Made by a program: the position numbers and the translations under genes
Notes under the pieces: generated by a model
The model's database searches: none
What the model saw: the letters and a program-made list of their open reading frames with translations, nothing else
What the model was told of the DNA's origin: nothing
Shown: positions 58,601 through 64,000 of the stretch, one piece after another
Layout: every line of letters starts with the position of its first letter
How positions within the stretch are numbered: position 1 is the stretch's first letter
Assembly: GCA_964016885.1 (NCBI GenBank)
Contig: OZ024743.1
Span: 378,386,001 to 378,450,000 of the forward strand
Direction of reading: 5' to 3'
DNA: 64,000 nucleotides
From: Eledone cirrhosa
Lineage: Eukaryota

Positions 58601-61466
58601 GTGTAAAACTCTCTCTCTCTCTCTAGTGTAAGAGAAACTGGGGTAGTGGTGGGGTGTAAAACTCTCTCTCTAGTGTATGAGATATTGGGGTAGTGGTGGG
58701 GTGTAAAACTCTCTCTCTCTAGTGTAAGAGAAACTGGGGTAGTGGTGGGGTGTAAAACTCTCTCTCTCTAGTGTAAGAGAAACTGGGGTAGTGGTGGGGT
58801 GTAAAACTCTCTCTCTCTCTCTCTAGTGTAAGAGAAACTGGGGTAGTGGTGGGGTGTAAATCTCTCTCTCTCTCTAGTGTAGGAGAAACTGGGGTAGTGG
58901 TGGGGTGTAAAACTCTCTCTCTCTCTCTAGTGTAAGAGAAACTGGGGTAGTGGTGGGGTGTAAAACTCTCTCTCTCTAGTGTATGAGAAACTGGGGTAGT
59001 GGTGGGGTGTGAAACTCTCTCTCTCTAGTGTATGAGAAACTGGGGTAGTGGTGGGGTGTAAAACTCTCTCTCTCTAGTGTATGAGAAACTGGGGTAGTGG
59101 TGGGGTGTAAAACTCTCTCTCTCTAGTGTATGAGAAACTGGGGTAGTGGTGGGGTGTGAAACTCTCTCTCTCTAGTGTATGAGAAACTGGGGTAGTGGTG
59201 GGGTGTAAAACTCTCTCTCTAGTGTAAGAGAAACTGGGGTAGTGGTGGGGTGTAAAACTCTCTCTCTCTAGTGTAGGAGAAACTGGGGTAGGGGTGGGGT
59301 GTAAAACTCTCTCTCTCTCTCTCTCTCTCTAGTGTAGGAGAAACTGAGGTAGGGGTGGGGTGTAAAACTCTCTCTCTAGTGTAGGAGAAACTGGGGCAGT
59401 GGTGGGGTGTAAAACTCTCTCTCTAGTGTAGGAGAAACTGGGGCAGTGGTGGGGTGTAAAACTCTCTCTCTCTCTCTAGTGTAGGAGAAACTGGGGTAGT
59501 GGTGGGGTGTAAAACTCTCTCTCTCTCTCTAGTGTAGGAGAAACTGGGGTAGTGGTGGGGTGTAAAACTCTCTCTCTAGTGTAGTAGAAACTGGGGTAGT
59601 GGTGGGGTGTAAAACTCTCTCTCTCTCTCTCTCTCTCTAGTGTAGGAGAAACTGGGGTAGTGGTGGGGTGTAAAACTCTCTCTCTAGTGTAGGAGAAACT
59701 GGGGTAGTGGTGGGGTGTAAAACTCTCTCTCTAGTGTAGGAGAAACTGGGGTAGTGGTGGGGTGTAAAACTCTCTCTCTATTGTAGGAGAAACTGGGGTA
59801 GTGGTGGGGTGTAAAACTCTCTCTCTAGTGTAGGAGAAACTGGGGTAGTGGTGGGGTGTAAAACTCTCTCTCTATTGTAGGAGAAACTGGGGTAGTGGTG
59901 GGGTGTAAAACTCTCTCTCTAGTGTAGGAGAAAATGGGGTAGTGGTGGGGTGTAAAACTCTCTCTCTATTGTAGGAGAAACTGGGGTAGTGGTGGGGTGT
60001 AAAACTCTCTCTCTAGTGTAGGAGAAACTGGGGTAGTGGTGGGGTGTAAAACTCTCTCTCTAGTGTAGGAGAAACTGGGGTAGTGGTGGGGTGTAAAACT
60101 CTCTCTCTCTCTCTAGTGTAGGAGAAACTGGGGTAGTGGTGGGGTGTAAAACTCTCTCTCTAGTGTAGGAGAAACTGGGGTAGTGGTGGGGTGTAAAACT
60201 CTCTGTCTCTCTCTAGTGTAGGAGAAACTGGGGTAGTGGTGGGGTGTAAAACTCTCTCTCTAGTGTAGGAGAAACTGGGGTAGTGGTGGGGTGTAAAACT
60301 CTCTCTCTAGTGTAGGAGAAACTGGGGTAGTGGTGGGGTGTAAAACTCTCTCTCTAGTGTAGGAGAAACTGGGGTAGTGGTGGGGTGTAAAACTCTCTCT
60401 CTAGTGTAGGAGAAACTGGGGTAGTGGTGGGGTGTAAAACTCTCTGTCTCTCTCTAGTGTAGGAGAAACTGGGGTAGTGGTGGGGTGTAAAACTCTCTCT
60501 CTAGTGTAGGAGAAACTGGGGTAGTGGTGGGGTGTAAAACTCTCTGTCTCTCTCTAGTGTAGGAGAAACTGGGGTAGTGGTGGGGTGTAAAACTCTCTCT
60601 CTAGTGTAGGAGAAACTGGGGTAGTGGTGGGGTGTAAAACTCTCTCTCTAGTGTAGGAGAAACTGGGGTAGTGGTGGGGTGTAAAACTCTCTCTCTAGTG
60701 TAGGAGAAACTGGGGTAGTGGTGGGGTGTAAAACTCTCTCTCTAGTGTAGGAGAAACTGGGGTAGTGGTGGGGTGTAAAACTCTCTCTCTCTCTCTAGTG
60801 TAGGAGAAACTGGGGTAGTGGTGGGGTGTAAAACTCTCTCTCTAGTGTAGGAGAAACTGGGGTAGCGGTGGGGTGTAAAACTCTCTCTCTCTCTCTAGTG
60901 TAGGAGAAACTGGGGTAGTGGTGGGGTGTAAAACTCTCTCTCTAGTGTAGGAGAAACTGGGGTAGTGGTGGGGTGTAAAACTCTCTGTCTCTAGTGTAAG
61001 AGAAACTGGGGTAGTGGTGGGGTGTAAAACTCTCTCTCTAGTGTAGGAGAAACTGGGGTAGTGGTGGGGTGTAAAACTCTCTCTCTCTCTCTAGTGTAGG
61101 AGAAACTGGGGTAGTGGTGGGGTGTAAAACTCTCTCTCTCTAGTGTATGAGAAACTGGGGTAGTGGTGGGGTGTGAAACTCTCTCTCTCTAGTGTATGAG
61201 AAACTGGGGTAGTGGTGGGGTGTAAAACTCTCTCTCTCTAGTGTATGAGAAACTGGGGTAGTGGTGGGGTGTAAAACTCTCTCTCTCTAGTGTATGAGAA
61301 ACTGGGGTAGTGGTGGGGTGTGAAACTCTCTCTCTCTAGTGTATGAGAAACTGGGGTAGTGGTGGGGTGTAAAACTCTCTCTCTAGTGTAAGAGAAACTG
61401 GGGTAGTGGTGGGGTGTAAAACTCTCTCTCTCTAGTGTAGGAGAAACTGGGGTAGGGGTGGGGTGT

Positions 61467-61499
<33 letters not shown>

Positions 61500-64000
61500 G
61501 TGTAGGAGAAACTGAGGTAGGGGTGGGGTGTAAAACTCTCTCTCTAGTGTAGGAGAAACTGGGGCAGTGGTGGGGTGTAAAACTCTCTCTCTAGTGTAGG
61601 AGAAACTGGGGCAGTGGTGGGGTGTAAAACTCTCTCTCTCTCTCTAGTGTAGGAGAAACTGGGGTAGTGGTGGGGTGTAAAACTCTCTCTCTCTCTCTAG
61701 TGTAGGAGAAACTGGGGTAGTGGTGGGGTGTAAAACTCTCTCTCTAGTGTAGTAGAAACTGGGGTAGTGGTGGGGTGTAAAACTCTCTCTCTCTCTCTCT
61801 CTCTAGTGTAGGAGAAACTGGGGTAGTGGTGGGGTGTAAAACTCTCTCTCTAGTGTAGGAGAAACTGGGGTAGTGGTGGGGTGTAAAACTCTCTCTCTAG
61901 TGTAGGAGAAACTGGGGTAGTGGTGGGGTGTAAAACTCTCTCTCTATTGTAGGAGAAACTGGGGTAGTGGTGGGGTGTAAAACTCTCTCTCTAGTGTAGG
62001 AGAAACTGGGGTAGTGGTGGGGTGTAAAACTCTCTCTCTATTGTAGGAGAAACTGGGGTAGTGGTGGGGTGTAAAACTCTCTCTCTAGTGTAGGAGAAAC
62101 TGGGGTAGTGGTGGGGTGTAAAACTCTCTCTCTATTGTAGGAGAAACTGGGGTAGTGGTGGGGTGTAAAACTCTCTCTCTAGTGTAGGAGAAACTGGGGT
62201 AGTGGTGGGGTGTAAAACTCTCTCTCTAGTGTAGGAGAAACTGGGGTAGTGGTGGGGTGTAAAACTCTCTCTCTCTCTCTAGTGTAGGAGAAACTGGGGT
62301 AGTGGTGGGGTGTAAAACTCTCTCTCTAGTGTAGGAGAAACTGGGGTAGTGGTGGGGTGTAAAACTCTCTGTCTCTCTCTAGTGTAGGAGAAACTGGGGT
62401 AGTGGTGGGGTGTAAAACTCTCTCTCTAGTGTAGGAGAAACTGGGGTAGTGGTGGGGTGTAAAACTCTCTCTCTAGTGTAGGAGAAACTGGGGTAGTGGT
62501 GGGGTGTAAAACTCTCTCTCTAGTGTAGGAGAAACTGGGGTAGTGGTGGGGTGTAAAACTCTCTCTCTAGTGTAGGAGAAACTGGGGTAGTGGTGGGGTG
62601 TAAAACTCTCTCTCTAGTGTAGGAGAAACTGGGGTAGTGGTGGGGTGTAAAACTCTCTGTCTCTCTCTAGTGTAGGAGAAACTGGGGTAGTGGTGGGGTG
62701 TAAAACTCTCTCTCTAGTGTAGGAGAAACTGGGGTAGTGGTGGGGTGTAAAACTCTCTCTCTAGTGTAGGAGAAACTGGGGTAGTGGTGGGGTGTAAAAC
62801 TCTCTCTCTAGTGTAGGAGAAACTGGGGTAGTGGTGGGGTGTAAAACTCTCTCTCTCTCTCTAGTGTAGGAGAAACTGGGGTAGTGGTGGGGTGTAAAAC
62901 TCTCTCTCTAGTGTAGGAGAAACTGGGGTAGCGGTGGGGTGTAAAACTCTCTCTCTCTCTCTAGTGTAGGAGAAACTGGGGTAGTGGTGGGGTGTAAAAC
63001 TCTCTCTCTAGTGTAGGAGAAACTGGGGTAGTGGTGGGGTGTAAAACTCTCTGTCTCTAGTGTAAGAGAAACTGGGGTAGTGGTGGGGTGTAAAACTCTC
63101 TCTCTAGTGTAGGAGAAACTGGGGTAGTGGTGGGGTGTAAAACTCTCTCTCTCTCTCTAGTGTAGGAGAAACTGGGGTAGTGGTGGGGTGTAAAACTCTC
63201 TCTCTCTCTAGTGTAAGAGAAACTGGGGTAGTGGTGGGGTGTAAAACTCTCTCTCTAGTGTAGGAGAAACTGGGGTAGTGGTGGGGTGTAAAACTCTCTC
63301 TTAATTGTAGGGGAAACTGGGGTAGTGGTGGGGTGTAAAACTCTCTCTCTAGTGTAGGAGAAACTGGGGTAGTGGTGGGGTGTAAAACTCTCTCTCTCTC
63401 TCTCTCTAGTGTAGGAGAAACTGGGGTAGTGGTGGGGTGTAAAACTCTCTGTCTCTCTAGTGTAGGAGAAACTGGGGTAGTGGTGGGGTGTAAAACTCTC
63501 TGTCTCTCTAGTGTAGGAGAAACTGGGGTAGTGGTGGGGTGTAAAACTCTCTCTGTCTCTAGTGTAGGAGAAACTGGGGTAGTGGTGGGGTGTAAAACGC
63601 TCTCTGTCTCTAGTGTAGGAGAAACTGGGGTAGTGGTGGGGTGTAAAACTCTCTCTCTAGTGTAGGAGAAACTGGGGTAGTGGTGGGGTGTAAAACTCTC
63701 TGTCTCTCTAGTGTAGGAGAAACTGGGGTAGTGGTGGGGTGTAAAACTCTCTGTCTCTCTAGTGTAAGAGAAACTGGGGTAGTGGTGGGGTGTAAAACTC
63801 TCTGTCTCTCTAGTGTAGGAGAAACTGGGGTAGGGGTGGGGTGTAAAACTCTCTCTCTCTCTAGTGTAGGAGAAACTGGGGTAGTGGTGGGGTGTAAAAC
63901 TCTCTCTCTAGTGTATGAGAAACTGGGGTAGTGGTGGGGTGTAAAACTCTCTCTCTAGTGTATGAGAAACTGGGGTAGTGGTGGGGTGTAAAACTCTCTC
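8187..64000. repeat. Large head-to-tail satellite array: 37-bp core plus (CT)n, unit mostly 47-51 bp, roughly 1,100+ units, continuing past the window end
   Basis: AGTGTAGGAGAAACTGGGGTAGTGGTGGGGTGTAAAA(CT)3-17 repeats in one orientation with no non-satellite insertion seen. The copy number is an estimate from length divided by mean unit size. Confidence 0.99.
42000..52600. repeat. Near-exact 5,289-bp tandem duplication inside the satellite
   Basis: Rare variants recur at an offset of exactly 5289: GTGTTTAAAC 42841/48130, GAAGCTG 43012/48301, GAGATACTG 46012/51301, ACTGCGG 46572/51861. The ORF-track twins at 44229/49518 show the same offset. Confidence 0.92.

Noticed and set aside
15581-63931. 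Repeated ORFs such as MVGCKTLSLPNVGETGVVVG and LHPTTTPVSPTLER (mucin-like or repeat protein)
   Set aside because: They are translations of the satellite, open only where a variant removes a TAG or the monomer length is a multiple of 3. The plus-strand ones start at GTG, and 2-bp CT changes shift frame constantly. They are useful only as markers of block duplications.
8187-64000. CRISPR array (constant 37-bp repeat with variable-length spacers)
   Set aside because: The spacers are only (CT)n of 6-34 bp with no unique sequence. No cas genes or leader are present, and the context is a spliced eukaryotic gene with SINEs and LINEs.
8187-64000. Telomeric repeat
   Set aside because: One strand is G-rich, but there is no TTAGGG-type short tandem unit. 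A subtelomeric location cannot be judged from this window.

Overview
Eukaryotic (animal) genomic DNA. The SINE/LINE repertoire resembles what I recall from octopus/cephalopod genomes, but that assignment is inference. The first ~7.6 kb holds the 3' part of a spliced + strand Mpv17/PMP22-family gene (MPV17L2-like). It has exons at 270-346 and 1540-1668, a probable terminal exon at 3861-3920 and a poly(A) signal near 4232. Around it lie decayed RTE- and CR1-clade LINE fragments, about ten tRNA-derived SINE pieces, a 188-bp hAT-type MITE with its target-site duplication, and several small tandem repeats. From ~8.2 kb to the window end (~56 kb, roughly 1,100+ units) is one head-to-tail satellite. 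Its unit is a near-invariant 37-bp G-rich core (AGTGTAGGAGAAACTGGGGTAGTGGTGGGGTGTAAAA) followed by a variable (CT)3-17 tract. The left edge (7581-8186) retains longer, diverged, ancestral-looking units. Rare sequence variants inside the array reveal nested block duplications of ~2.2, ~2.6, ~2.65, ~3.9, 5.289 and ~6.3-6.7 kb. The array looks superficially CRISPR-like but is not. All ORFs called inside it are repeat artefacts. I found no evidence of a new protein-coding system; the most unusual object is the composite satellite itself.
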